This document shows, piece by piece, positions 23,365 to 36,194 of a DNA stretch of 64,000 bases. How positions within the stretch are numbered: the first letter of the stretch is position 1; the number at the start of each line of letters is the position of its first letter. The stretch is taken from contig NC_058368.1 of the NCBI RefSeq assembly GCF_018350175.1, positions 44,146,001 through 44,210,000 of the forward strand, read 5' to 3'. Made by a program: the position numbers and the translations under genes. Below the pieces are notes generated by a model. It was not told the DNA's origin. It did no database searches and worked only from the letters and a program-made list of their open reading frames with translations. The stretch is from Felis catus. Lineage: Eukaryota.

Positions 23365-23480
23365 CCTTGAGCTCTTAGAAACTGTTAATGTTTATTCAAG
23401 TTTCATACACCCAAGGTTGAGGCCTTATTGAGAAGAGGTCTCAGAGGGACCTGGCTAGAGTTTGGTCTTGCAGATACTTT
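23365..23480 (-). mobile_element. ERV1 LTR fragment (MER67/MER31-like 5' end)
   Basis: gaggtctcagagggacctggctagagtttggtc resembles the reverse complement of the MER31/MER67 start. Confidence 0.5.
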
Positions 23481-23499
23481 TTTGGGTGTTGATCCAGAG

Positions 23500-24476
23500 T
23501 TGGTATTGATCCACATTTGATTCAGATGACTTCAATAATGAGATTTGTGGCTTTTGAACTGATAACATTTACATGAGATATTTGACTTACAGCTGATGCT
23601 ATAATAGGACAAGACTAAGGATATTGAAATGGGGTGAATAACTTTTGTATGTGGGACAAACACAAATGCTTGGGTGTCAAAGGGCAGACTTTGGTGGTCT
23701 ATTAATGGTTGCTGTCAAAAAGATATGTCACATATTCTAATCCTTGGAAAATGTTGATCTTACCTTATATGGTTGAAAAAAAAGAATATCACCACATATA
23801 TCTATATATAGATATATAGAGATATATGTAATTTTTATTTTTTTTATTTTTTATTTATTTTTGGGACAGAGAGAGACAGAGCATGAACGGGGGAGGGGCA
23901 GAGAGAGAGGGAGACACAGAATCTGAAACAGACTCCAGGCTCTGAGCCATCAGCCCAGAGCCTGAGGCGGGGTTCGAACTCACGGACCATGAGATTGTGA
24001 CCTGGCTGAAGTCGGACGCTTAACCGACTGCGCCACCCAGGCGCCCCGAGATATATGTAATTTTAAATACGTTTAAGTTAAACATTTTGAGAGGAGAAGC
24101 CTATTCTGGATTACCCAGGTAAGCCATGAATCCAGTGACAAATCCTTGTAATAGTGAGGAAGAGTAAGATTTTATAGAAATTCAGAGAAGATATACACTC
24201 CCAGAGGGAGAGGCCATGTGAACACAGAAAGAGATTTCAGTGGTATCATTAAAAGCTCAAAGAACAGAAAAGAGTACCAAAAAATGCCAACAGCCACCAG
24301 AAGTTGAAGGAGGCAGGAAATACATTCTTCCTTAGAAACCTTGGAGGAAGCACATCCCTCACAACACATTCATTTTAGATTTCTGGCCTCTAGAACTATG
24401 AGACAATAAATGCATGCTGTTTAAAGCCAACAATTCCGTGGTAACTTGTTAAAGCAGCCACAGGGAAACTAATGCA
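23500..24476 (+). mobile_element. MaLR: MLT1-int 3' end plus MLT1C/D-type LTR (23690-24476), interrupted by a SINE
   Basis: The internal part ends gggtgtcaaagggcagact; the LTR ends gcagccacagggaaactaatgca. Confidence 0.85.
23836..24047 (-). mobile_element. Young SINEC_Fc-like element
   Basis: TSD gagatatatgtaatttt at 23819-23835 and 24048-24064. Confidence 0.97.
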
Positions 24477-24539
24477 AATTCTCTTGCTGGCACAGGTATG
24501 ACCATGTTAGTCTTCTCACTCTTCGCCCTTAAAAAAGTG

Positions 24540-24748
24540 TCTGCTAGTAACCGTCTTGTCATTTATAAACAGCTGTATTAGTTTCTAATAGCAATCACAT
24601 ACACGTACTCATACAAACACAGATACACACACTACCCCCACACATTCCTCGTATATGAATATATAACACTTCAAATTGTACTGGTAAATGGGAACATGTA
24701 CAAGTCATGAGAAATCCGAAAATGCTTGTGACAAAAATATATATACAT
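24540..24748 (-). pseudogene. Candidate signal-peptide / first-Ig exon remnant
   Basis: ATG at 24748-24746 followed by a TA run that breaks the frame. The downstream frame reads YIFVTSIFGFLMTCTCSHLPVQFEVLYIHIRGMCGGSVCIC..ETNTAVYK*QDG. Confidence 0.3.
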
Positions 24749-24920
24749 TTGTAGTTGAAAAGAAAAAAAATGTCTTGGCTCAAATGTTTTCTAAGTTTAA
24801 GATTTTTTTTAAGATTTTATTCTTTTTATTGAATGTAACAGAAAGATTATATTCCAATTGGCAACTTAAAAAGGAATTTTTCTTAGAATCTATGAATAGT
24901 TCATTAAATTACACACAGAT

Positions 24921-24923
<3 letters not shown>

Positions 24924-24961
<38 letters not shown>
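24924..24961. repeat. (TA)n microsatellite
   Basis: Directly visible. Confidence 0.95.
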
Positions 24962-24962
<1 letters not shown>

Positions 24963-26142
24963 AAGAAATTAAAACTAATCCTATAATGAAAAAAGAGTAA
25001 TCTTCATCTTGATTCAGAGGGGAAAAGAAATTCAAGCACACTGAATATTCACTGAAGATCTTTTATCTCCTTTCCAATTTTCCCATTCTCCACAACATGG
25101 TCTTTTGATGTATCTTAGCATTTCTCACTTATTGGCAATAACTTAATATAGTTGAATACAATTGATCAGAACAGCATTATATGTCAACTTGATCTAATTG
25201 ATTTTTTAAAAATACTCCATCTGACAACAGCAAAATGCCTATTCTTCTCATGCTCACATGGAACAATCACCAAGACAGACCACATTCTGAGCTATAAACA
25301 CACTGTTATAAGCTTGCTAGAATAGAAATTATACAAAGCGTGTTCTCAGACCACAATGCAATTAAACTACAAATCAATAACAAAAAAGACAGCTGGAAAA
25401 ATCCCAAAATATTTGGAGAATAACAATACATTCTAAATAACACATGAGTCAACTATGTTTCTCAAGTGGAATTAAGTGAAAATGAAAATGGAATTTATTA
25501 AGTTTGTGAGATGTGGTAAAAGCAATACTGCGAGGGAAACTTACAGCATTAAATGCAGATATTAGAAATGAAGAATTGTCTAAAACCAATAATCTAAGTT
25601 GCAACTTCAGGAAACTAGAGACAGAAGAGCAATATACGCTTAATGTGCTCAAGAAAAAAAAGTCTAGAAATCAATATAATTAAAAAAAAACAAAAACATT
25701 GAAAAAATCAAGGAAACCAAAAGGGTTCTTTGAAAAGATCATTCAAATTAATAATCCATACCCAGGTTGACTAAGAAAAAAGAGAAGATACAAGTTATCA
25801 ATATCAGAAATGAAATAGGGATAATCACTATCTTTCCATAACCATTAAAAGTATAATAAAGGGATATTATGAACAATTCTGGGCCACAAATTTGATAACT
25901 GAGATGAAATGAAACAATTCCTTGAAATACATAAACTATCAAAATTTGCATGAAGAAAAAGAGATAAACAGAATAAACTCATATCTATTACATAAATTGA
26001 ATCCATAATTAATAACCTTTCAAACAAGGAAGGGCCGGGTCCAGAGCTTTGCACTGGTGAATTCTAACAAATATTTAAAGGGAATAAAAAAATCAACTAT
26101 CCACAATCTATTCCAGAAGATAGAAGCAAAATTAATATTTCT

Positions 26143-26338
26143 ATTTTTAAAAGTTTATTTGTTAATTTTGAGAGAGAGAGGAAGAGGGTGGGGAAGGGAC
26201 AGAGAGAGGGAGACAGAGAATCCCAAGCAAGCTTCAAGCTGTGGGAGCTAAGCCCAATGTGGGGCTCTAACTCATGAACCATGAGATCGGACCTGAGCCG
26301 AAGTTGGACACTCAAGCAACTGAGCCACCCAGGCACCT
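26143..26338 (-). mobile_element. Can-SINE
   Basis: SINEC body; flanking aatatttct repeat. Confidence 0.95.
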
Positions 26339-27597
26339 CCAAAAAGAATATTTCTTAACTCATTCTATGAGACCAGCATTATCTAAATTACAAAAGCAGA
26401 TAAAATTATTATCAGAAAACAACAGACTAATCACTCATGAATGTAGGCTCAAACGTCCTTCACAAATAGTAGTAGGTCAAACCCAACCATGTATAAAAAG
26501 AATTATATACCATGACCAGGTGTTCAAGGTTGGTACCATATCTGAAAATCAGTAAGTATAATCCACTACATCAACCGGCTAAACAATAAAAAAATCATAT
26601 GATCATATTAATGATACAAAACTAAAACTGATAAACTCCCAAACCCATGCTTGATAAAACTCTAAGCACACTAGAAATAGAAAGACTGTTTTTAAAATGA
26701 CAAACCCCTACAAAAAAATGTATAAATAACATCCTATGTAACCTTGAGAAATTATACTTCCCGCCTAAGATTGGGAACAAAATAAGGATTTCCTCTCTCC
26801 TATTCCTTTCCTTTCACTTTTATCCAGAAAACATGCTATAAGACTGAGCTAGTGCAATAAGATTTTTAAAAATGGAAAATAAAAGCTATATAAGTAGAAA
26901 GGAAGAAATAAATCTCTTTATTCAATGATAACATGATTGTCTGTCTAGAAAATACCAAAGAATAACAAAAATAGTTATAAAACTCCTGTAACGAATATGT
27001 GAATAAAATAAAGCTCCAAGATGCAAAGTTATTATACAAACATCAATAACTTTCCTATATACCAAAAATAAACAATTGGAATCTGAAAATAAAAACATAC
27101 TACCATCTATAATAGCACCAAAATATGAAATACTTAGGTATTAACTTAACAAAATATCTTCATAACATATATGTAGAAAACCATAAATATCTCATGAATG
27201 AAATCAAATGAGATGTAAATAAATAAAGAGATCTTGTGTGTTTATTGACTGGAAGTCCCAATATTCTTCAACTGTCTACTTTTCCCAAGTTGATCTATAG
27301 GTTCAAGGAAATCCTGATGAGAATACCACCATGCGGTTTTGTAGATTTAAAAGGAAAATAACCCTGAAGGTTACAGAGAAAGCAATAAACACAGAACAGT
27401 CAACACACCACTGAAGAAGAACAAAATTGGAAGACTCACACTGATTTCAACTTTATAGTGAATAAAAAGTGATCAATATTGATTGGTTCATTAATTGTGA
27501 CAAATAGTACTGTAAGCTGTGAATAATGGGAAAATGTGTTTGGGAAATATAAGAACTTTCTGTGCTATTGCCTCAGTTTTTCCATAAAGCTAAACTG

Positions 27598-27841
27598 TTT
27601 TTTTTTTCAATGTTTATTTCTTTATTGAGAGGGAGAGAGAGAGAGCGAGAGAGAGCACGTGCATGTGCTACACTCCTGGGAGCAGGCAAGGGGCAGAGAT
27701 AGGGAGAGAGGGGATCCCAAGCAGGCTCCCCACTGTCCGTGTAGAGCCTGATGTGGGGCTCAAACTCACAAACGATGAGATCATGTCCTGAGCCAAAATC
27801 AAGAATCCAATGCTTAACCAACTGAGCCACCCAGGCACCCC
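27598..27841 (-). mobile_element. Can-SINE
   Basis: SINEC body; flanking aaagctaaa repeat. Confidence 0.95.
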
Positions 27842-27899
27842 AAAGCTAAAATTATTTTAAATACTAAAGTCTATTAAAAAACAGATCTATAGGAACAAA

Positions 27900-28110
27900 A
27901 TAAATTAATACTTTCTTGGGGCTGGATATGAAAACGGAATAACTGATATTGCCCAGGAGGGAACATTTTGGGATGCTGGAAATATTCTAAAAGTGGATTA
28001 TCATAATGGTTGCATAACTCTGTAAATTTACTAAAAATCAATGCATCATGCACTTAAAAATGGTCAGTTTGATTATATGTAAATTATATCTCAATAAATA
28101 ATTAAAAAAG
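27900..28110 (+). mobile_element. L1MB/ME 3' end fragment
   Basis: ggaaatattctaaaagtggattat..atggttgcataactctgtaaatttactaaaaatca..tatgtaaattatatctcaataaa. Confidence 0.85.
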
Positions 28111-30154
28111 AAAAATATGTAATATGACTACTGATATTAGAAAGTTAAGAGTCATACACATATAAATAAATATTTTGTTGAAGCCAAAACAGGCAGTGTA
28201 GAGAAAGAAAAAAAATTGAGTAAAAGAGAAATGAGCTATCTTGATATTTAGAGACAGAAAAGGAGAAAAAAAAACAACATCAACTTCTTTTACTGTTGAT
28301 AGCTGTCTTTTGTTATAATATTGCTTTAATTATCATTTCAATTTTACCTAGAAGATACATGCAATCCACCCTGGCTTAATCTCTAAACACAGTTTTATTG
28401 ATTTTTCACAAATAATAATGGACCACCTAAATACCAAAGAAGCTTTCACTTGGTTCCAGACAAGACACAGGTATCCTACTAAATGTTCTCTCTCTATGAA
28501 TTGCAAATTCCTTAAGGGATCTCTTACACTTTTCTCTCCGGTTTATTTTATGGAAGACCCTTATAGACCTGCTCCTAATTTTTAGGACTCAAGACAAGCA
28601 TATAGCACATCTAGGAAAATCTGAGGTCAGTGTGTGTATCCAAAGCAGGCCTTTTAGGGGACTTTGAGTATGGATTCTGGGTTTACATATTCATTCACCT
28701 CACTTACACCTAACCCTGTGGATATGTGTGTTGCAGGAGGGCCACACATGGCAGGCCCTTGAAAGCACAGGCCAGGGTAAGGCCACAGTTGAGGTAAATA
28801 TAAGTACGAACTTTTGTTGTTCTAGAGATTTTGCTACAGAACCAATGTTAGAACTGACTCATGACCATTTGCTTAAGAGAGGATATTGGAACAAGCTGTA
28901 TCTCTTATACTAGCTTTGTTAGATTTTTGTTTTTGTATCATCTTATTTACTTACTTTCTATTTGTGTGGTAGAGTAAAAAGCATTCCAGTTTGTGTGACA
29001 ACATTGGAAAACAAATCCAGAAATGATTGGTTTATGTCTGTAAATAAAATATAAACTTTGACTCAGGCAATAGAGTCATGTCAGTAAGGAAAAGAATTTC
29101 CTTTGCAGGTCCCTTTTCTACCAACAAAATCTCCAATGTTTGGCGTTACGCAGGGTTGTTGTCTACTCGGAAGGACTGCTAACTAGATTTGATTTACGGG
29201 GACACCAAATAATTAGCAACCTTGTTTACCACATAAATTCTTAACCTACTGAGAAAGACAGATATCAAAGTATGGAGACCAAAATATCATTTTTCTTTCT
29301 GATATAGGCTAAGTTGTAGGATCAGTTCACATATGTGGGCAAATACTCTCCTAATCCTTAAGTTGTGAATTGAACAGATTTAAATACAGATAGAAATTTC
29401 TGGCATGGAGAAACAGGAAAATAGGGGCTTCAGGTGGCAACATTTTTCCCAAGAGAAGGAGAAGAGGAATGCATACATATGCCCGGCTTCTTCTCAAAAC
29501 TCAACTTTTCAAGTTATTCTCTCTACTTTCCAAGGATGGAGTTAAGTGAGGGGATGAAAAAAAGATAATCATGTATTATTGGAACTCTCTACACACGGAA
29601 GGGAATATGAGGAGTATGTAACTAGAGTCCCTCATCTACAAATAGGGAAAAAGTAGTTTATTAGAGATAGAAAAATGGGCCCACCTGACTGTGACTAGAT
29701 GGAATGAGACGTGCTAGGTCAATCATGATGCAGTAAAGAAAGAGGGATATGTCTAGGCAGAACATGTTTTCTGAACATGGGTAAGAGGCATGGGGATAGA
29801 TGTGAGTGGATACTAACATTAATTGGGAGAAAAGGATAACTCATTTAAATGGGCAAAAAGAAAAGAAATACACAGAGGGAAAGAGTTGTGCCAAATATAA
29901 ACTTATTTCACATGGTCACACACGGCATTTTTGGTAGATGGAACAATATAATCTACAGAGCCAATTTTATATCAGTCTTTACAGTTTTAACTAGGTCACT
30001 GTTATTATCTGGGAGAGTTCACTTCACATCACTTTGAAGCTTTTTCCTCAGGGTTTTGCCTGGGTGTACATTTGACAAGGAGTTTCTCCCTAATTACTAT
30101 TCTATAGATTTGACTCTCTACTTCTTGCCAGCTGGTTTTCTTACTAGTAGATCT

Positions 30155-30300
30155 TTCTCCATCAAATATTTATTAGAGTCCACACTGTGTACAGGGAAAG
30201 GTACTACTATGAAGTGAAGAAGAAGACAAGGAATCAGTCAAAGATATGTGTCCCCAAATCCCATCAGGTTAGCAGTTGGAAGCAGTACGGGGCACATGGT
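30155..30300 (-). mobile_element. L2 3' fragment
   Basis: catcaaatatttattagagtccacactgtgtacaggg. Confidence 0.65.
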
Positions 30301-31707
30301 AAAGGAAAAACAAAAATATAAACAAAAACAAAAACAAAAATCCCTCCAAACAAAAACAAAAGCTATATACACAATTGGATGTTTTCACAATGCCAAAGCA
30401 AATTATAACATCTCTTCTTTCTTCTCAAACTTTTAATGTAATCATAATTTCCCCTTGTTGGTAAGGGTGGGTAAGTTTTAGGATCTGCAACAAATGAAAA
30501 ATTGGAGTAACTGAATTATTTGCTAATTCAATCTGTTCTCAGTCCAAGTGACGAAGTGACTTTCTCCAGTTCATTGTTTCTAAAGAAAGTAAGAGACTTG
30601 GTTGTGTAAGAAATAGGCTCATACAGTATGCCTGTCTTTCTTATTCCTTGAAATCAAACTCATAAAACCTCAAAAGTGTTTAATCATTTTAATATACTCT
30701 AAATCAAGATAGAAACATGAGATACAGTGGAAGGAGAATGGATTATGAAGTTTTCTTTGTACAGCCTGTTTTGAAAAACAAGTCATTATCTTCAAGTCAA
30801 GTTAGTTTGAATTTGACACACTATGTTTTTTTTTTAAATTATTGGTTAATAAAATTTAAATTAAATAAATCTACCAAGTATTTGGTGAAACAGGTTAACA
30901 AAATTATGCGTTCAATAACTGTTAGAGGAATGTGTTCAATGTTAAGCTCAAAGTTAACTTTACTAGAGATTAGATCCACAAAAAATATATGTCTGAAAGT
31001 ATTTTCTCTTTGAATTTTAGTGCGGGAAGGAAAAACTGCATGCATTCAAAGCAAACAAGGAAATGAAAATAACCTGTAATATCTATCTCTTTAGCATTAA
31101 AATTGTTTAAACAAGCCTGTCTTAGGAACGGGAGAATCCTCTAACCCCTTCATTCCTATCCCTTTGGAAGCTGTGTGTTTTATCAAAGGCTTATTTATTT
31201 TATGAGAGAAAAAATATAGTGAGAATCAAAATACAGCAAATAGTTTCCTAACCATCATAGTAAAGTGATGCAATAAAAGATTTATCAAATGCTTACAAAG
31301 TACTCAGCACAGTCAGATGAGAGTAGGGACTTTGAGAATTCGCAAAATAGGAAATTCACAAATTAAACAATATCCATTAAATATAAATTGGACGGGCTTC
31401 AGTTGCAGGCGTGATTGCTTTACAACTCTGGAAAATAGAGGATCCTGTAGTGAGAAGAGAAGTGGGAGGATAAAAGCCCAAAGCGAATTTTCATCTTAGA
31501 AAACGGAGGGTAGGCCATGTGCTGCCCATTCTAATTTTAGATGTGCTGAATAAAAGTGTCAATATAGATATGACAACAAGAAAACTAAGCAGGAGCCAAA
31601 CTCAAGCCTAAGAAAACTGGTGGGTTTGGGCATGAGAACTTGCCATTATGAAACAGGAAGCTTTATATGTATATGTAACAGATTGAGCACTATCAAAACC
31701 CTTATGT

Positions 31708-32233
31708 GTAAGAGAGGCAAACTTTTACTTTTACCCTCTCAGGGTTTTCAGCTGGGCCTAAGAATTTAAATTGGCACAAGACAGATTAACAGGAGAAAAA
31801 ACATAAAAATTAATTTGATACAAATTTAACCCGACTAAAGGCTTTGTAGAGAATAAAGACCCAAATAAGTGGTAAAACCTAAATGTTTTTACATTACATT
31901 GAAAAACAACAACAACAACAACAACAAAAACAAAAAGGTGGAAAAGTAACTAAACTAAGTGGGAAGCTAAAGGAAGATAAGAATTATTTTAACAAGGTCT
32001 GTTTGTATAGAATTCTTTTGGTTTCAGCTTCTTGTCTGATGACAGGAATATTTCTTTCCCTGTGGTAGAGAAGACATTTTCCATATGGGGGTTTTATCTC
32101 CTGTTTTCAAGAAGAAAAAGGGAAGGGTGAGAACACCTTCTTATACCTGCTTTTTTAAAAAAGTGCTTTTAACTCAAAACCATGCTTATGTTGAAAGGCA
32201 TATTTTGGGATGGCATATTCCTGTTTCCTTTGA
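31708..32233 (-). mobile_element. ERV1 (MER4-group) solo LTR
   Basis: Ends aaaggcatattttgggatggcatattcctg, the reverse complement of the aatatgccaccccaaaatatgcc LTR start; also agacagattaacaggagaaaaa. Confidence 0.8.
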
Positions 32234-32440
32234 TCATGAATATATGTCATGGTATTCTGAAAATTGATTAAAGATCAGTTATTTTAAAGATTGTATTTTG
32301 AAATCAGCATCTACTGTTATCTCAGGGTCTGTTCCAACTTTTCCTCCTCTTTGTTCTGTGTCTTAGTGCCAAATTATTTTTTGAAATAACAGATTGAAAA
32401 TTGAAAATCAGATATAGAAAGTATAGAAGTGTTGACTCCT

Positions 32441-32922
32441 TGCATTTGTTTGAGTTCCTCCATAAGCACAACCAGGGACAAGAATTTGAGAGCAATAAGT
32501 TTTTTGAGAGGTCCAGGGAATGCAGTAGGGGAGTGAGGAAGTCAGGGAGGGGCGGGGAAGTCAGCCAGTAAAATATCTTATTATCCAACTGGTCAGCAAG
32601 GGGAAAATGAAGCCTATTCCCACTTAGGAGGTCTCAGAAATAGTCTAGAGTACGCACTTCAGAGATGCCTCATACAATGGGCAAGGGAGCCAACACATCT
32701 GTCATCAAGTGAGGTCTGCTTATGATAATGGAGACTGGTTAACTCCCTACAGTTGCCGGCCAGCCACGTTAATGCTGGACCACTGGGCACTGGCAGCCAC
32801 AGAAAGCCCTCAGGCAAAGAGAAGGAGGTTCTCGGATTTGGAAATGAAGCTGGTAGACAGTATAGTAAAGAATAGGATAGCAAAGGTCCTGGGAGATTGT
32901 GAGGAACTGACATCATCTATAC
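32441..32922 (-). mobile_element. LTR16-type ERVL LTR
   Basis: gacaagaatttgagagcaa..cagtaggggagtgaggaagt..agaaagccctcaggcaaaga. Confidence 0.8.
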
Positions 32923-34569
32923 AGTGATGTTATCTCCCTCCTGAGAAGATGCACATTATCCTGTGTGAGTTCCTTCAGTCCAGGGACTGAGACTAGTTTC
33001 AGTCCTCCAAGCCTCAGTAGTGTATCTTGAAAAGCTACACTCATAGGGGCCATTGAGCTCCAAGGGTCATTGTTTCCTAGGATCTTCCTTGTTCCTTCCT
33101 GAACTCCAACTTTAGGCTGCTTAGTACCAGGAGACAACGGAAAACTCTGCTATACTTTTTTTTCAGTCACTTTAAACTTGGCACTTTACTCTCCTGGCTC
33201 ATACAGAATAATGTGCAAATGCCTCAGGGGACCCACTGGTGCCTAGTCTCAGTCTCACTACATTTCCACTCTACCCTTTTTTTTTTTTTTTTTTTTTTTG
33301 TCTTCTCATTCCTGTGAGGAAGACTAAATCTTTGTCACTTTTTCTGACTCTTAGCAGGATCCCACTGCCTGAGTTCTTAGCAAATGCTTAGAGAAGAAAA
33401 GCAGAACAGATGACGGGAGAAAAGATGAGCTCACCTTTGTTAATATCCTCCTTTTTCTGGGACCTGCTCAATGTTGGCTCAATGTCATACAGATTTTTTT
33501 TCCCATTTTTTTCCTGGCCTTACACTCTTACTACATTATATATGGAATGGAACTCCCATTACATATGCAATGGAAGTTAAAGACAGCAGATGACAAAGTA
33601 AAGAAGAATTTTAAATTTGGGGGAAAAACAATAAATATCAGATAGAATACATACTGGGATGGAAAACAGTAGCAAGAGAGTCCCTGTTTTACATCAGGCC
33701 TAATCATATTCTAAAGCATCAATATGTAAACACAAATTTATGTAAGTTTATTTCTGACAAAGACTAACATCTTCTATACAGTGTTTGAAATGAACTTCAT
33801 GTCAATACAGAGCTCAAAAGCACTATAATATTATTTTTGAAATAATGTGCACGCAGATATAGTCTTCTCTCTAAGGAGTATTTCTCAGAGCATGTTTGGG
33901 AACTCATTGTCTTTTTCCAAGGTTGAGAAATCAATAGAAAAAGCATCAGTTGCTTTTGGGATGCTTTGCTGACATATTAGCTTACATGCTTTTTCTGTCA
34001 AGAGACTCCAATCAATATTATATAGTTTTCATGGCAAGTAGATAATACATCATTAGCAATTTTTGAAGGTAAATAGATAATTTCAAATTTCACATTGAAA
34101 GTTGAAGTGTATAACAAATTGACAGGAGGAGTTAATTGTGATAAAATTTAGAGCCGCATATATTTTCCTGCTTGTGACACTGAATTGTTAAGCTTGCTTC
34201 AGTACCTGTTTGTTTAATTTCCATTACCATGATTCCCAAGGGGACACTGCTATTTTACAGGCCTCATACACACAATAACTAAAATCAGCCTTCGTGAAAA
34301 GGTTAAGGGTAGGGCAATTGGATTTCTGCAATACTGATTCAAGGACATACGATAGGGCGATGTCTGTACAATTCAGTCTAAAAAGAATCAATACTGAATG
34401 TCCAGGTATTATACCATGCTGAATTGATAGAATTCTAAATATATCAGAGCTTAATTTTATAATATATTTTTCATAAGCACTAGCTTGATAAAAAGTGAAA
34501 TTACTAAGACAACATCTCCAAGTTTATAAGTTTTCTGTCTAACCCATCATCAGTCAGGAAGTCATCGGC

Positions 34570-34790
34570 ACTCGTTCACATTTTTATAGGAAAACTAGGC
34601 GTTAAAAAATGGAAATTTCTTGAATTGGTAGATAGGATTAGAAGAGACATCTGTGGTTCTATTACTTGTACAGCCATTCTATTGATGAGTTCTATGACCT
34701 TTAGCTAGTCACTTAGCACTTCTCTGGGCTTCATTTCCTTCCTGTGTATAAAAAAGGAACAACACTTGTAGATACTGCTATATCCATGGA
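34570..34790. mobile_element. Two MIR core fragments in opposite orientation
   Basis: cacatttttataggaaaactaggc (minus) and tgacctttagctagtcacttagcacttctctgggcttcatttcc (plus). Confidence 0.55.
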
Positions 34791-35620
34791 TGAAAACTGC
34801 CCATAAGGGCAAAGAAGTATAATTAAGCCTTGGCATTGTTCCTTTAAAAATTAAAATCACATTAAAAATTAAGAAAGTCTTAAACAACCTCATCAGTGCA
34901 GGACTGGAAAGCAATTAAGTAATATTGTTTTGCCCCTAAAATCATCCCCAGAAGGTTAGTTGTGACCCTTATTGCCAATCATATTTACTGATGTAATTGA
35001 TAGTGGATGTTTGCTGATCAGTCTCTTTTGGTATTCAGTCTCCATTTTAAATATCATTCCTAAAATGTACATGGATTACTTCAGTTAAGCAAGAAGTTTA
35101 AACATGGTAGTTTATTCAGAATCTATGATTTATAAAACAAAATAAGCAGTATATAAATGAAACCAGAAGCTGTATTCCTAATGAGTTATGAGCACACAAT
35201 TTGCACCATTTACCTATTATTCCGTTTATTAAAAGCTAAATATATGTGGCTTTTCTTTCTTGAGTTGTTAATTTGAGAAGTAAAATATTTACAAATTTTC
35301 TTTTATAAAGAATTCTTTCCCTATTCAGTCAGCAGTAACTTTTGAAGCCTATTTCCTATATTCCTGTTTCTTATACTTTCTGGGTTAATAAAATTATTGA
35401 TATTTTTCTATAAAAATATGCACCTAATTTTAAATGAATTAAAATAAAAATTTACATTTTAGAACCACATTCATTTTAAATAAAGTAAAATTTTATTTCA
35501 CCAAGTGTCTTATTATTGAACCTTTTCTTCAAAATGCATAATCCAAAGAACTCGATATACACCTGGGGGAAACTTCAAAGATGTGCCTGATTTGAATTCA
35601 ATTCATTAAATATCTATTTT

Positions 35621-35800
35621 TTTTATTTATTTTTGAGAGAGCATGAGCAAGGGAGGGGCAGAGAGAGAGGGAGACACAGAATCAGAAGCAGGCTCCAGGG
35701 TAGGCACAGACCTGATATGGGGCTCGAACCCTTGAGCCATAAGATCATGGCCTGACCTGAAGTTGGTCCCCTGACAGACTGAGCCACTCAGGCACCCCCC
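35621..35800 (-). mobile_element. Can-SINE
   Basis: TSD cattaaatatctatttt at 35604-35620 and 35801-35817. Confidence 0.95.
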
Positions 35801-36194
35801 CATTAAATATCTATTTTACTGAATTTAAGACATTACTAATTTTATTTATTTGCTTGTTTGTTTGTTTATTTATTGGACATCACCAATTTTAAATGCATTC
35901 TTATATCATATTTCACTAAAGAAGAAAAAATACACTGAAAACTGTCACAAAATTATTTTTAATGTATAGAATATTTATCTTTTGCTTAATTAATAATGAG
36001 TTTTTTATACTTAAGAAAACATAGATTTTAGACACAGAATTATGGTAATTATTTGCCTCGGAGTTTCTTTGATGTATATGTAAAAAAAATAAGCAAAAGC
36101 AACTTCTATACTTTCTAATTTTGACTCGGGCACCACTTTTCAATGCTGAGTCAGTTTTTGTGCTTTTCTATACAATATACACTCTATTTTCAAG

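Larger units (their letters stand above)
247..24748 (-). pseudogene. Decayed multi-exon gene for an Ig-domain + MAM-domain cell-surface protein (probable unitary pseudogene; may continue off the left edge)
   Basis: Series of minus-strand segments bounded by AG/GT splice-like signals whose translations retain MAM and Ig motifs, but with stops, frameshifts and SINE insertions. Individual exons are listed below. Confidence 0.6.
25150..27880 (+). mobile_element. Old L1 (L1MC/MD-type) ORF2 and 3' end, with two SINE insertions
   Basis: EN-region motifs cacatggaacaatcaccaagacagaccacattctg, RT-region motifs, and 3' end gaactttctgtgctattgcctcagtttttcc. Confidence 0.9.
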
